Assembly (NCBI GenBank): GCA_038231435.1
Contig: JBBRLJ010000007.1
Span: forward strand, 32,001-96,000
Length of the DNA: 64,000 bases
Direction: 5' to 3'
Origin: Planctomycetota bacterium
Lineage (GTDB): Bacteria; Planctomycetota; UBA11346
The stretch's first letter is position 1, and the number at the start of each line of letters is the position of its first letter. The notes below the pieces were generated by a model, which was not told the origin of the DNA, searched no databases, and saw only the letters and a list, made by a program, of their open reading frames with translations. Below are positions 38,451 to 47,500 of the stretch, piece by piece. Both the position numbers and the translations under genes were made by a program.

Positions 38451-39494
38451 ATGCCCGCAGCGAAGCGCCTTGCCACATTAGTCATGGTCTGTTCGAGCAG
38501 GTGGCGCGGGGACGCATCGTGGACGGTGCTCGTGCTCACGCTGCTTGCGGGGGCGAGCGCCCGGGCCGAGGACGCTGCGGAGTCCTTCGGCTGGCTGATG
38601 CCGGTGATCGTTCCATACACGGTCGGCGCGTCCGCCAGCGCGGATCGCCAATTCCCTGAGCCGCTCAAGGGGCAAGCAGGAACGTTCGCCCGCACCACCA
38701 CGCGCGTGTCGCTGAAGGGCCAGCCGTGGTCGACGGATCACGACGAGGTCCAGCTCACCGCTTCGGCGACGCGCGCCGACATCGATAGCGATGCGCGATT
38801 CCCGAAGACCGGGCCGCTTCCCGATCTGCTCTTCGACGGACGCGTGGGCGCCACCTACCGCCACGTGGCAGATGACCGTTCGCTGTGGGGCGCGTCCGCG
38901 GGCATCGGCTCCTCGAGCGACCATCCGTTCTCGAGCGGATCGCTGGCGGTCAGCGCCAGCGTCTTCTACCGCGTGCCGGTGCGCGAGAGCGACGCCTGGA
39001 TCCTGAGCCTGGTCTACAGCAACGACCGCGCCGTCTTCAACAACGTGCCCTTCCCGGTCCTGATGTACCAATGGACGGCCTCGCCGTCGACGACCGTGAT
39101 CCTCGGGCTGCCCTTGCTCGCCGTGATCTGGAAGCCCTCGCCCCGCTACGGCGGGGAACTGTTCGCCACCGGTTTCGGGTCCGCGCACCTGGGCGGCTCG
39201 GCGTCGCCGTTCGAGTCCGCCTCCTGGCTGCGGTTCCGGGCCGCTTTCGACTATGGCGGCGAGGTCTATCGCCGCACCGATGCGCCGGACCAGGCCGACC
39301 GCATCATCTTCCGCGAGGTGCGCTTGACCGCGGGAGTGGCCCTTGAGAAGGGCAGGAGCGCGTCCGCCTACGTCTACGGCGGTTACGCAACGCACCGCCA
39401 GATCATCGAAGCCCACTCGCTCTTCGACCACGACAACCGCATCGACATCGCCGGCGGACCGGTGTTCGGAGCTTCTGCGAGCGTGCGTTTCTGA
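38451..39494 (+). CDS. Putative outer-membrane beta-barrel protein
   Basis: Signal peptide ending ASARA; alternating beta-strand pattern; terminal SASVRF; start uncertain. Confidence 0.65.
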   Translation: MPAAKRLATLVMVCSSRWRGDASWTVLVLTLLAGASARAEDAAESFGWLMPVIVPYTVGASASADRQFPEPLKGQAGTFARTTTRVSLKGQPWSTDHDEVQLTASATRADIDSDARFPKTGPLPDLLFDGRVGATYRHVADDRSLWGASAGIGSSSDHPFSSGSLAVSASVFYRVPVRESDAWILSLVYSNDRAVFNNVPFPVLMYQWTASPSTTVILGLPLLAVIWKPSPRYGGELFATGFGSAHLGGSASPFESASWLRFRAAFDYGGEVYRRTDAPDQADRIIFREVRLTAGVALEKGRSASAYVYGGYATHRQIIEAHSLFDHDNRIDIAGGPVFGASASVRF

Positions 39495-39708
39495 GGCCAG
39501 GCTCGCTGGCGGAGCGGCGGGGCCTCGGGTATGCTTCCCCTGGCCGTGGTCGGATCCGCGAGAAGGGCGCAGGAAGGCCGTATCTATATGAATAGCATTG
39601 GCTTACGAACACACGGCCAGACATTCTTGTCCACAATTGCCAGTAGTTGTTCAATCGCAGGGTCGGGGTGGGTACGGTCACACAGTCCAGCCCCGGAGGA
39701 GGCCTACG

Positions 39709-39789
39709 ATGCGGATGACCACGTTCATGCGGATGACGATGGTGATGACGGCGCGATCCCCCGCCCCCGGGGGTTCCTTGCGGTCCTGA
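39709..39789 (+). CDS. Putative 26-aa Met/Thr-rich leader peptide
   Basis: GGAGGAGG 6 nt before the ATG; MRMTTFMRMTMVMTARSPAPGGSLRS. Confidence 0.4.
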   Translation: MRMTTFMRMTMVMTARSPAPGGSLRS

Positions 39790-39889
39790 GCCGTCGTCAC
39801 CGCGTGCGAAGGCCGTTGGCGAAATCTGCACAAGTCCATCGTCGGCGCCTCGTGAAGCCGTCCGGGTCCCGCCTCGATCCCACATCACC

Positions 39890-40672
39890 ATGGTAACCAT
39901 GCAGCCATCCATCACCTTGTCCGTGCAGTCGGCGCCAGCTCCGCTGATCCAGCCACACCCGCGCCGCCGTTCGTTGCGCTCGGGCTTCACCGCGATCGAA
40001 TTGCTCATGGTGATCGGCATCATGATGATCCTGATGTCGATCGCGACGCCCTCGGTGGTCACCGCATTGAGGCGGGGCACCGTCAACAATGCCGCGAACA
40101 ATGTCATGCAATGCTGGCGGCAGGCGCGCAGCTTGGCCATGACCTGCGTGGTGCCGGATGCTCCGAACGGCTTCCAGCCGAAGCATTACGGAGTCGTCAT
40201 CGTCGCCGATGCGGCCAACGGCAGCTACGCGGCGATGATCTACGGCAACACCGCGATCAACACCCCTGCCGACGCGGCTGGCGCGATCCTGCGCGTGGAC
40301 CCCACCGGCCCCGCCGACGACATCGCCAATCCGCCGGTCGCGAAGTACAAGTTCAACGCCAATGTGCAGGTTCGCAGCGCGGCCCTCGGCGATACGGCGG
40401 TCGATGCTGCTGAACGCACGCTCGCGGTGTACGCGCAGTACCGCACCGGAGTGCCCATCGCTCCAGTCGAGGTCGTGGGAGGGTCCGCTCCGACCGCATC
40501 GCCGATCAGCGTCGGACTCGGCTCCAACACCACCTATGGTCTCGCCGGAAGCCCCATTACGCCGGTCCTGCAGCTGCAGACCCTGGACTTCTCCACGGTC
40601 GCGGTGAAGCGGGGATATGCGCTCCGCCTCACGCTGTTTCCTGTCGGTGTCCTCGCCACCCAGGAACTGTGA
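39890..40672 (+). CDS. Prepilin-type N-methylation domain protein, FimU/GspH-like
   Basis: RSG|FTAIELLMVIGIM...; ...VNNAANNV...RQARSLAM pattern typical of FimT/GspH proteins. Confidence 0.8.
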   Translation: MVTMQPSITLSVQSAPAPLIQPHPRRRSLRSGFTAIELLMVIGIMMILMSIATPSVVTALRRGTVNNAANNVMQCWRQARSLAMTCVVPDAPNGFQPKHYGVVIVADAANGSYAAMIYGNTAINTPADAAGAILRVDPTGPADDIANPPVAKYKFNANVQVRSAALGDTAVDAAERTLAVYAQYRTGVPIAPVEVVGGSAPTASPISVGLGSNTTYGLAGSPITPVLQLQTLDFSTVAVKRGYALRLTLFPVGVLATQEL

Positions 40673-43600
40673 TCCAGATGGCGCGGGCGGCTATGCGGAC
40701 GGGATTCACGCTCTTCGAGGTGGTGATCAGCATGCTGGTGCTGAGCATCGCGGTGCTCACCACCCTGGCGCTGCTGCCCATCGGACTCAAGGCGCAGCAG
40801 CTGTCGCGCTACCAGATCTACGCCAGCTCAATGTCGCTGTCGCTGATGGAGAACTTCCACAACCCGCTGCCGCTGTTCCGTGGGCACGGCTCGCTCGCGC
40901 CAAATCTCGACGCCAATCTCGAGCTCAACAACGACCTGCCGCCCTCGCCGGGCTGGGCCAACCGGCTGCGTACCGCGAACATGACCGCGTCGCCCTTTCA
41001 GGCCGACATCGAACGGTACCTCTGCGGCACGACCACGGGCGTGCTGCCCGTGCCCCTCGAGATCTCGCGCCGCTTCGAGAGCAGCAACGACGAGATCCAG
41101 AAGATCCTCGATCAGGGCGGCGAACTGTTCTATTTGGACAGCGCCTACATCCGCGGCCTCACCATCGGCTCGTCGCGCGACAAGTCGTCGACCCTGACCC
41201 CGGCCCCCGAGGTCCAGAAGCTGGTGTTCGCGGTCACCGGTTACGCGCAGCAGAACGCCCTGACCCAGCACCCGGTCGAGAGCTGGCCGTGGTACGAGCT
41301 CTACCCGTTCCCGCCGGCATGGGTGGCCCTGAAGGCGTACGGCTACGAGCTCAGGCGCGGCCCGGTCACCGTCGGCAAATGGTACAATAACGCGACCAGC
41401 AGCTGGGTCTTCAACCCGAGCCCGTTCCTGCCCGGGCATCAGCTGCGAGGCCAGGCGGGGGACATCCTGTGGGGCGACGGCGGCCATTCAGCCCTCTCGC
41501 AGGATCCGGACACCGGCTACATCTGCCAGCGCGACCCGAACACCCATCAGGCGTTCTTCGGCTACAAGGACCGACGCGGCGTGGTCTTCGCCGACGCGCC
41601 GATGAACCGGCGCCAATACCGCCCGTACAAGGGTCCGCAGGGGACCGACGGCGAGCCGCCGCCCTACGCTCGCGGCAACAACTACACCGGCGATCTGCAA
41701 CGCGACAACCTCATCGATCCTCCGGACAAGGTAGGCAAGGGTCCGGGGGCGATTCGCGAGGCCTCCGGCGAGTCCGGATTGGGAGGCGACACCGGCTGGT
41801 ACCAGGGCCGCAACTGGCGTTACTTCAAGGAGAACTTCGGCGCCGGTACGCCGTGGGCCGATGGCTGGCTGGCGTTCCAGCGGCTCGCCGGCTTCAACGA
41901 CGATGATGGGCGAGACAAGACCTGGAACCAGTACGCCACCATGGCGGTGACCGAGGACAAGCGCTACGACAAGGCCGGCTGGCTGCCGGTGTTCGCCATG
42001 TTGACCATGGACGACGAGCCGAAGTACGACCATTACTGGTGGGATGTCGGCAATCCCAATCGCTATCACGGCACGGATGTCGGCGGCGATTCGATCGGCA
42101 GCGAGAACCAGGTGGGCACCGGCGTGTGGCCGCCGCGCCCGGTGAACTACACCGGTGGAGACTGGGATTCGTCGCCGTGGTCCAACGGCGTACCCGGCCA
42201 GTGGGACAACAAGATCACGGTGATCGGCGCTCCCTGCAGCCAGGCGCTGCCGCCCACCTACGAGATGCGCGCCAGCTACCGCGACAAGGCGATCGCCCTG
42301 TGGAACGCGGTGAGCCCGTCGTCGGCGTCCGCGGCGCCCACCGTCGGCGTCAACGTCTACAACACCCAGGTGGATTGCGACCAGTACGAGTTCTCGGCGA
42401 AGTCGCTCGATACATTCCCGCTGGTCGATCCGCAGACCCTCTCCGCTCCGCCGCATCCGGCGCAGGTGCTCGCGCTGAGCTATCTCGCCCACGCCGCGAT
42501 GCTGATGACCGGTTGGGACGTGCCCGTCCAGGATCCGTACACGCGCTTCCGCGCCGACTGGGATCTGCTGACTTGGCGCTACGCGTGGATTCCGCCGGCC
42601 GCGAACGCCACCCAGTACGGGCCGGGCAACTACCAGGTGCCGCCGGCCCCGACCGCGGGACTGAAGTGCTCGCGTGCGAAGGATGTGAAGCTGCTGGATC
42701 CGAATCCAGGCGGCGGCGCTCCATCCGCCGGAGTGGTGCCCAACACCGATGTGTACGTTGGCGGACTGAGGAACGGCACGCTCTATTACCACACCGGCGC
42801 CACGCAGCTGTGCATCACCAACGACACCGACCGTCCGATGACCTTTTACGATGGCGACGAGATCTGCTTCGAGCAGGACTACCGCGAATGGTACACGACG
42901 ACGCGCTGCGACCAACCCGCCCGGGGCTGCATCAAGTACCGCATCAAGATCGCCGCGGATGTCCTCACCATCCCGGCGAGCCACGGCGCGCCCTATGCCG
43001 ATGTTCCGCTGCCGATCGGAGCCGATACGCCGGCGTACCATCCGCCGTCCTCGCAGTTCATCACCATCGAGCCGCCGCTCCTGCACGATTACGACACCAT
43101 GGTGGGCATCGCCGCCGCCATGCCGTACATGGCACCGCCGCGGGTCGCGGATCCAGGCCATCCGCAGCAGATCATCCGTGTGTGCAGCGAGTACGATCGC
43201 GCCTTCGCGCGCAAGGTGCACGAGATGTGCATGCTGTGGGCCGCTGCCTACGGGTCCGAGAACGCCTACGACTGGGGAGCTCCGCGCCCGATGAACCACC
43301 AGGTCATGAGCGACAAGCCGCTCGTGCTCCTCGATCTGTTCCACGACGCCAAGAACGGCTCGGTCAGCCCGGTGCCGACCGCCGCGGTGCGCACCCCGAC
43401 CGGGCTGCCGACGGCGACCACCTTGTCGTCGACGGAGTCGTTCTATCGCTGGATGGTCCCGCCGAATCCAGCGCCCCGGTCGTGGTTCCGCGCCTCGGGC
43501 TATGCGCCGGCGGCCGGCCCTGTCGACGCCATCAGCCACCAGGGCCCTGGCCGCCATCCTGAGAAAGCCTGGACCAGCATGGTGTTCAATCCCGAGCTCG

Positions 43601-44184
43601 CGCCGCCGGGCAAGCCGGGTTCGGGCACCACGGTGGCGTGGGATTGGAGCAGCGATCAGCAGCGATACTGGCTCGATCGTCCCTTCCAGCCATTCCACCG
43701 CGGCCGCCAGCTGGTGTTCTGGGGGATCGACTGGAAATCATACGAGGATGCCGAGACCGCGCCGACCGCACCCATGGACGCGGCGAAGATCGGCCGCGCC
43801 ATCACCGCCAACTACGACAACGGCTCGCAGGTCACCGGCTTCCTGCCCACCTTCGATTTCGACAACTGGACCTCGGAGATCTACAGCTACCAGTCGGACC
43901 GCGCTGACAGCCTGCAGTGCGGCAATCCCGAGACCCCGTACGTGTGGATCGACGCCGCGCGCAAGACCCGCTACATGGACGATGCGACGACCATGTGGGA
44001 CAAGCACCACCAGGCCTACACGCGCGAGGGGCCCGACGCCCTGCTCGGCCACTTCGGCGCCGACCGCAACAACAACCGCATCCTCGACATCGGCCCCATC
44101 CCAAAGACCACGCGCATGCGCGCGCTCACCATCGCACGCTTCAACGTCTATGACCCCGTCATGCGCCTGAACGTGAACAACTGA
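40669..44184 (+). CDS. Giant prepilin-type protein in the PilV/GspI position (about 1170 aa)
   Basis: RTG|FTLFEVVISMLVLSIAVLTTLALLPIGL; GTGA overlap with the upstream stop. Confidence 0.8.
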   Translation: MIQMARAAMRTGFTLFEVVISMLVLSIAVLTTLALLPIGLKAQQLSRYQIYASSMSLSLMENFHNPLPLFRGHGSLAPNLDANLELNNDLPPSPGWANRLRTANMTASPFQADIERYLCGTTTGVLPVPLEISRRFESSNDEIQKILDQGGELFYLDSAYIRGLTIGSSRDKSSTLTPAPEVQKLVFAVTGYAQQNALTQHPVESWPWYELYPFPPAWVALKAYGYELRRGPVTVGKWYNNATSSWVFNPSPFLPGHQLRGQAGDILWGDGGHSALSQDPDTGYICQRDPNTHQAFFGYKDRRGVVFADAPMNRRQYRPYKGPQGTDGEPPPYARGNNYTGDLQRDNLIDPPDKVGKGPGAIREASGESGLGGDTGWYQGRNWRYFKENFGAGTPWADGWLAFQRLAGFNDDDGRDKTWNQYATMAVTEDKRYDKAGWLPVFAMLTMDDEPKYDHYWWDVGNPNRYHGTDVGGDSIGSENQVGTGVWPPRPVNYTGGDWDSSPWSNGVPGQWDNKITVIGAPCSQALPPTYEMRASYRDKAIALWNAVSPSSASAAPTVGVNVYNTQVDCDQYEFSAKSLDTFPLVDPQTLSAPPHPAQVLALSYLAHAAMLMTGWDVPVQDPYTRFRADWDLLTWRYAWIPPAANATQYGPGNYQVPPAPTAGLKCSRAKDVKLLDPNPGGGAPSAGVVPNTDVYVGGLRNGTLYYHTGATQLCITNDTDRPMTFYDGDEICFEQDYREWYTTTRCDQPARGCIKYRIKIAADVLTIPASHGAPYADVPLPIGADTPAYHPPSSQFITIEPPLLHDYDTMVGIAAAMPYMAPPRVADPGHPQQIIRVCSEYDRAFARKVHEMCMLWAAAYGSENAYDWGAPRPMNHQVMSDKPLVLLDLFHDAKNGSVSPVPTAAVRTPTGLPTATTLSSTESFYRWMVPPNPAPRSWFRASGYAPAAGPVDAISHQGPGRHPEKAWTSMVFNPELAPPGKPGSGTTVAWDWSSDQQRYWLDRPFQPFHRGRQLVFWGIDWKSYEDAETAPTAPMDAAKIGRAITANYDNGSQVTGFLPTFDFDNWTSEIYSYQSDRADSLQCGNPETPYVWIDAARKTRYMDDATTMWDKHHQAYTREGPDALLGHFGADRNNNRILDIGPIPKTTRMRALTIARFNVYDPVMRLNVNN

Positions 44185-44198
44185 GCAGGCGAGGCAGC

Positions 44199-45890
44199 GT
44201 GCGCAGAAACCACCACCGCATTCCGCTCGTCCCGCGCCTGGCGATGCTCGCGCGCCTGGCCGAACCCCGGAGCGCCTTCACCCTCATCGAGATGATGATC
44301 GCCGTCGCCCTGTCCACGGTGATCATCATGACCGCGGTGGCGGCCTTCCGCGTCGTCAGCCGCGCCATCAACGCCGCCGACAGCATGAGCGTCGAGAACT
44401 CGCTGCTGAGGATCGGCTTCCAGGCGTCGCTCGACGATGTCGACTTCTATCATTCGGAAGCCAACGACAAGGCGCCCTACGACAAGGGATTCACCCGCGT
44501 GCGCACACAGGTGGCGGACGACCCCACCACCCTAGATACGGATCAATACATCAGGCGCCACTTCCAGCCGATCGACTTCCTGGCAAGCACCGATCCGGAC
44601 GTGTGGCCGTACGATGTGGCCTCGGACGAGACCAACCCCGCGTCGGCGACCTGGTCGAACGCCTACAACCACGTGATCAATCCCAACGTGTTCCAGGCGA
44701 GCGATCCGCGCTCGATCGACCGCTTTGGCATCTACGGCAACCAGAATCCGCCGGAATACTACCGCTACGTCACCTCCACCTTGATGCACGGCAACTACCT
44801 GAACGTCGTCTGCACGGACATGCGCTACAAGGGCTCTGCCTCGAACAGCCCGCGCTTCCCGTACGATCCGGCGTCGCCGAATTCGCCGATGCCGTACAAG
44901 CTCGCGCTCGACGTCACCACCTCTCCCGCGTGGCCCTACACCGCGCCCATCGCCTACGGCGAGCCGACCGGCGGACTGGTCGATGTGGCCGTCACCAACC
45001 CGGTCAAGACCTCGTACAACCAGGCTGTGCCGCTGCTCGGCTGGCAGATGTACACGCGCATGCGCGAAGTCGGGTGGATGGAATACCTCCCGCCCTGCGT
45101 CTCGCTCGAGATCATGGATCAGCACGGCGACTGGCCGAACATGAACAACTCGAGCCCGAAGGGTTTCCCGGAGACCAGCGGCCCCGGCGGCCAGGACACC
45201 GTGTGGTGGTACAATAGCTACTTCAGCGGCAGCCGCGACATCGCCAACTTCCTCGGCCTCGAGTACCGTGAGGCGCGCTGCTATGCGCTCGCCACCCTGC
45301 CGGTGATCGCCGCCGGCGCGGCGGATACCACGTCCAGCGGCTGGGGCCTCGCCGGCGGATACGATGGCACGGCCTTCATCTGCGGGATGATCAACCAGGG
45401 AGAGGAGTCGGGCTACTTCCACAATCCCAACCAGCTGACCGCCGACACCTACCACTTGACCACTGGCGACGTGGGGCGCAACGATCTGCTGCACACCTCG
45501 CGCACCGTCCGCCTGCCGTACAACCGCTCTGATGGCGAACGCTCCTCGTTCAATGCGGGCTCGTGGTCGATGCGGGCCAACCGCAACGTGCCTATCTACA
45601 CGCCCACGCCGCTCGACTTCGACACCAAGCCGTCGAAGTACCCGATCCTCAGCACCACCATCCTGCGCTACCACCGCCTGGGCGGCCTGGCCCTGGTCAC
45701 GCTCGCGACCACCTCGGTCGAGGACCCGACCACCGGCCGGCGCGTCGAACTGAGTATGACACCCCTCGGGACGTCGTTCCGCGGCGCGCGCCAGCACTGG
45801 CGGCTCTACAGTCCCGCCTACACCTCGACCACGGCCATCGGCGACTTCTATGGCACGGACACGGCCGCCGGGCCATTCTACAATCCCTAG
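44199..45890 (+). CDS. Prepilin-type protein, PilW/GspJ-like
   Basis: RSA|FTLIEMMIAVALSTVIIMTAVAAF. Confidence 0.8.
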   Translation: MRRNHHRIPLVPRLAMLARLAEPRSAFTLIEMMIAVALSTVIIMTAVAAFRVVSRAINAADSMSVENSLLRIGFQASLDDVDFYHSEANDKAPYDKGFTRVRTQVADDPTTLDTDQYIRRHFQPIDFLASTDPDVWPYDVASDETNPASATWSNAYNHVINPNVFQASDPRSIDRFGIYGNQNPPEYYRYVTSTLMHGNYLNVVCTDMRYKGSASNSPRFPYDPASPNSPMPYKLALDVTTSPAWPYTAPIAYGEPTGGLVDVAVTNPVKTSYNQAVPLLGWQMYTRMREVGWMEYLPPCVSLEIMDQHGDWPNMNNSSPKGFPETSGPGGQDTVWWYNSYFSGSRDIANFLGLEYREARCYALATLPVIAAGAADTTSSGWGLAGGYDGTAFICGMINQGEESGYFHNPNQLTADTYHLTTGDVGRNDLLHTSRTVRLPYNRSDGERSSFNAGSWSMRANRNVPIYTPTPLDFDTKPSKYPILSTTILRYHRLGGLALVTLATTSVEDPTTGRRVELSMTPLGTSFRGARQHWRLYSPAYTSTTAIGDFYGTDTAAGPFYNP

Positions 45891-45938
45891 TGCGCGCCCT
45901 AGCGCTCGCGACGATCCGAACCTCCAGATGAGCCATCC

Positions 45939-47474
45939 ATGAACATCTCATCCAGCGCACATCCCATCGGCTCGGATCCGCGCCGATCCGTGCGCGCACA
46001 TCGGCCCCAGAGCCGACGCGGCACGGTGCTCATCATCGTCGCCGGCCTGTCCTCGATCCTGCTGGCGCTTGCCGTCACCTTCATGGCGCGCATGCGCTCC
46101 GACAGCCAGGAGGTCAGGAGCGTCGTCGCCGACGCCCAGGCCCGGCTGATGCTGCACGCCTCGCTGATGTACTTGCAGGAATGCTCGCGCATCGGCTGGG
46201 GAGACGCCACTGGGGAGTGCTTCGGCTGGACCGACATCCGCGATGGCGGCATCGGTCCGCGCGGTCCGCGACCGATCGGCGCGGTGTCGTTCCCGTTCAC
46301 CGCCGCTTGGGCCCCGCGCTGGTACACCAATCATGCGGGATGGCCCGCGTACCGCGCGGACATGGACGATGCCGATCTGCCCGCCCCGTCATCGCGGCGC
46401 GGCGGCTGGCCGCTGCCTGGCACCGCGACGCGCTGCCCGATGGCAGTCCCGGTGGTGACGCCATACGCCACCGAGCTCACGCTCGCCTACAATCCCGTGC
46501 CGACGCTGGTGCCCTACGGCGACCCTGCTTGGACGACCGCTTGGGGCCCAGCCGCCGGCGGCTGGCCATGGTTCAAGGCGGATTGGGCGCCGACCGGTAC
46601 GAACTGGATCCCACGCATCTATGGCGCCGGCGCCAAAGGCATGCTCGATCCGCAACCGGTCAAATCCACCTACGCGGAATTCGTGAACGGCAGCGTCTCG
46701 ACGGCCACCGCGGGGGATTGGATCGCCGAGAAATACGATGCGGTCACCGGTGCTCCGACCGGAGGCACCCAGCAGCTCCTGGTCCAGCCCGGCACCGAGA
46801 ACGAATCGTGGTTCCGCATCTACCGCGAGACCCAGAAGGATCACGACGGGAATCCGGCCAATGTCGGCAATCCCGGCACTGAATGGTGGGACCATGTCGC
46901 CATGTACGATGGCGCGCCGCCGAAGGACACCGTCAAGCCGCCTCGCCGCATACGCAATTGGAGCGTGTTCATCGTCGCCTGCGGCGCGGGTGGAACCCAC
47001 GGCTTCCGATTCTGGGACGACGCGGACATCTCGGCGTGGGAGACCAAGTACGGCCTCTACGGTTACGGCCGCGCGATCGAGCCGGTGACCGCCTCGGAAT
47101 CCGGGCTATTCGCGAACGAACGCATGTTCCGCGATCTGCTCGCGAGCAGCCGCATCATCTGGTTCCGCTGCGAGTGGTCGGCGATGCAGTCGGGCGCTCG
47201 CGACATGGGCATCTACAACCATTGGATGTGGGGAAACCGCTTCTCGGGCCCGCAGGTCGCGACCATCCGGCCGTACATGCAGCAACCCGAATCATGGGAC
47301 CGCTACGTGTTCAAGGGCGGATACAACCCGAACTACACCTCGCAGTACGCCAACACCGAGGTGCGCATGTCCAGCGAGCCAACCGAGAGCGATGTGCGCA
47401 CCCAATCCCCAAAGGTGTTCGGCGGCAACATCAAGTGGCTGCAGCGGCTCGATCGCGATCCGGTGCTCTGGTGA
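45939..47474 (+). CDS. PilX/GspK-like pseudopilin (lacks Glu5)
   Basis: RRG|TVLIIVAGLSSILLALAVTF...AQARLM, the GspK/PilX pattern. Confidence 0.75.
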   Translation: MNISSSAHPIGSDPRRSVRAHRPQSRRGTVLIIVAGLSSILLALAVTFMARMRSDSQEVRSVVADAQARLMLHASLMYLQECSRIGWGDATGECFGWTDIRDGGIGPRGPRPIGAVSFPFTAAWAPRWYTNHAGWPAYRADMDDADLPAPSSRRGGWPLPGTATRCPMAVPVVTPYATELTLAYNPVPTLVPYGDPAWTTAWGPAAGGWPWFKADWAPTGTNWIPRIYGAGAKGMLDPQPVKSTYAEFVNGSVSTATAGDWIAEKYDAVTGAPTGGTQQLLVQPGTENESWFRIYRETQKDHDGNPANVGNPGTEWWDHVAMYDGAPPKDTVKPPRRIRNWSVFIVACGAGGTHGFRFWDDADISAWETKYGLYGYGRAIEPVTASESGLFANERMFRDLLASSRIIWFRCEWSAMQSGARDMGIYNHWMWGNRFSGPQVATIRPYMQQPESWDRYVFKGGYNPNYTSQYANTEVRMSSEPTESDVRTQSPKVFGGNIKWLQRLDRDPVLW

Positions 47475-47500
47475 TCCGCCCGGTGCCGCTAGGATCCGCC

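Noticed and set aside
39800..39880. Riboswitch upstream of the pilin cassette
   Set aside because: Only scattered short matches; no complete aptamer stems could be traced
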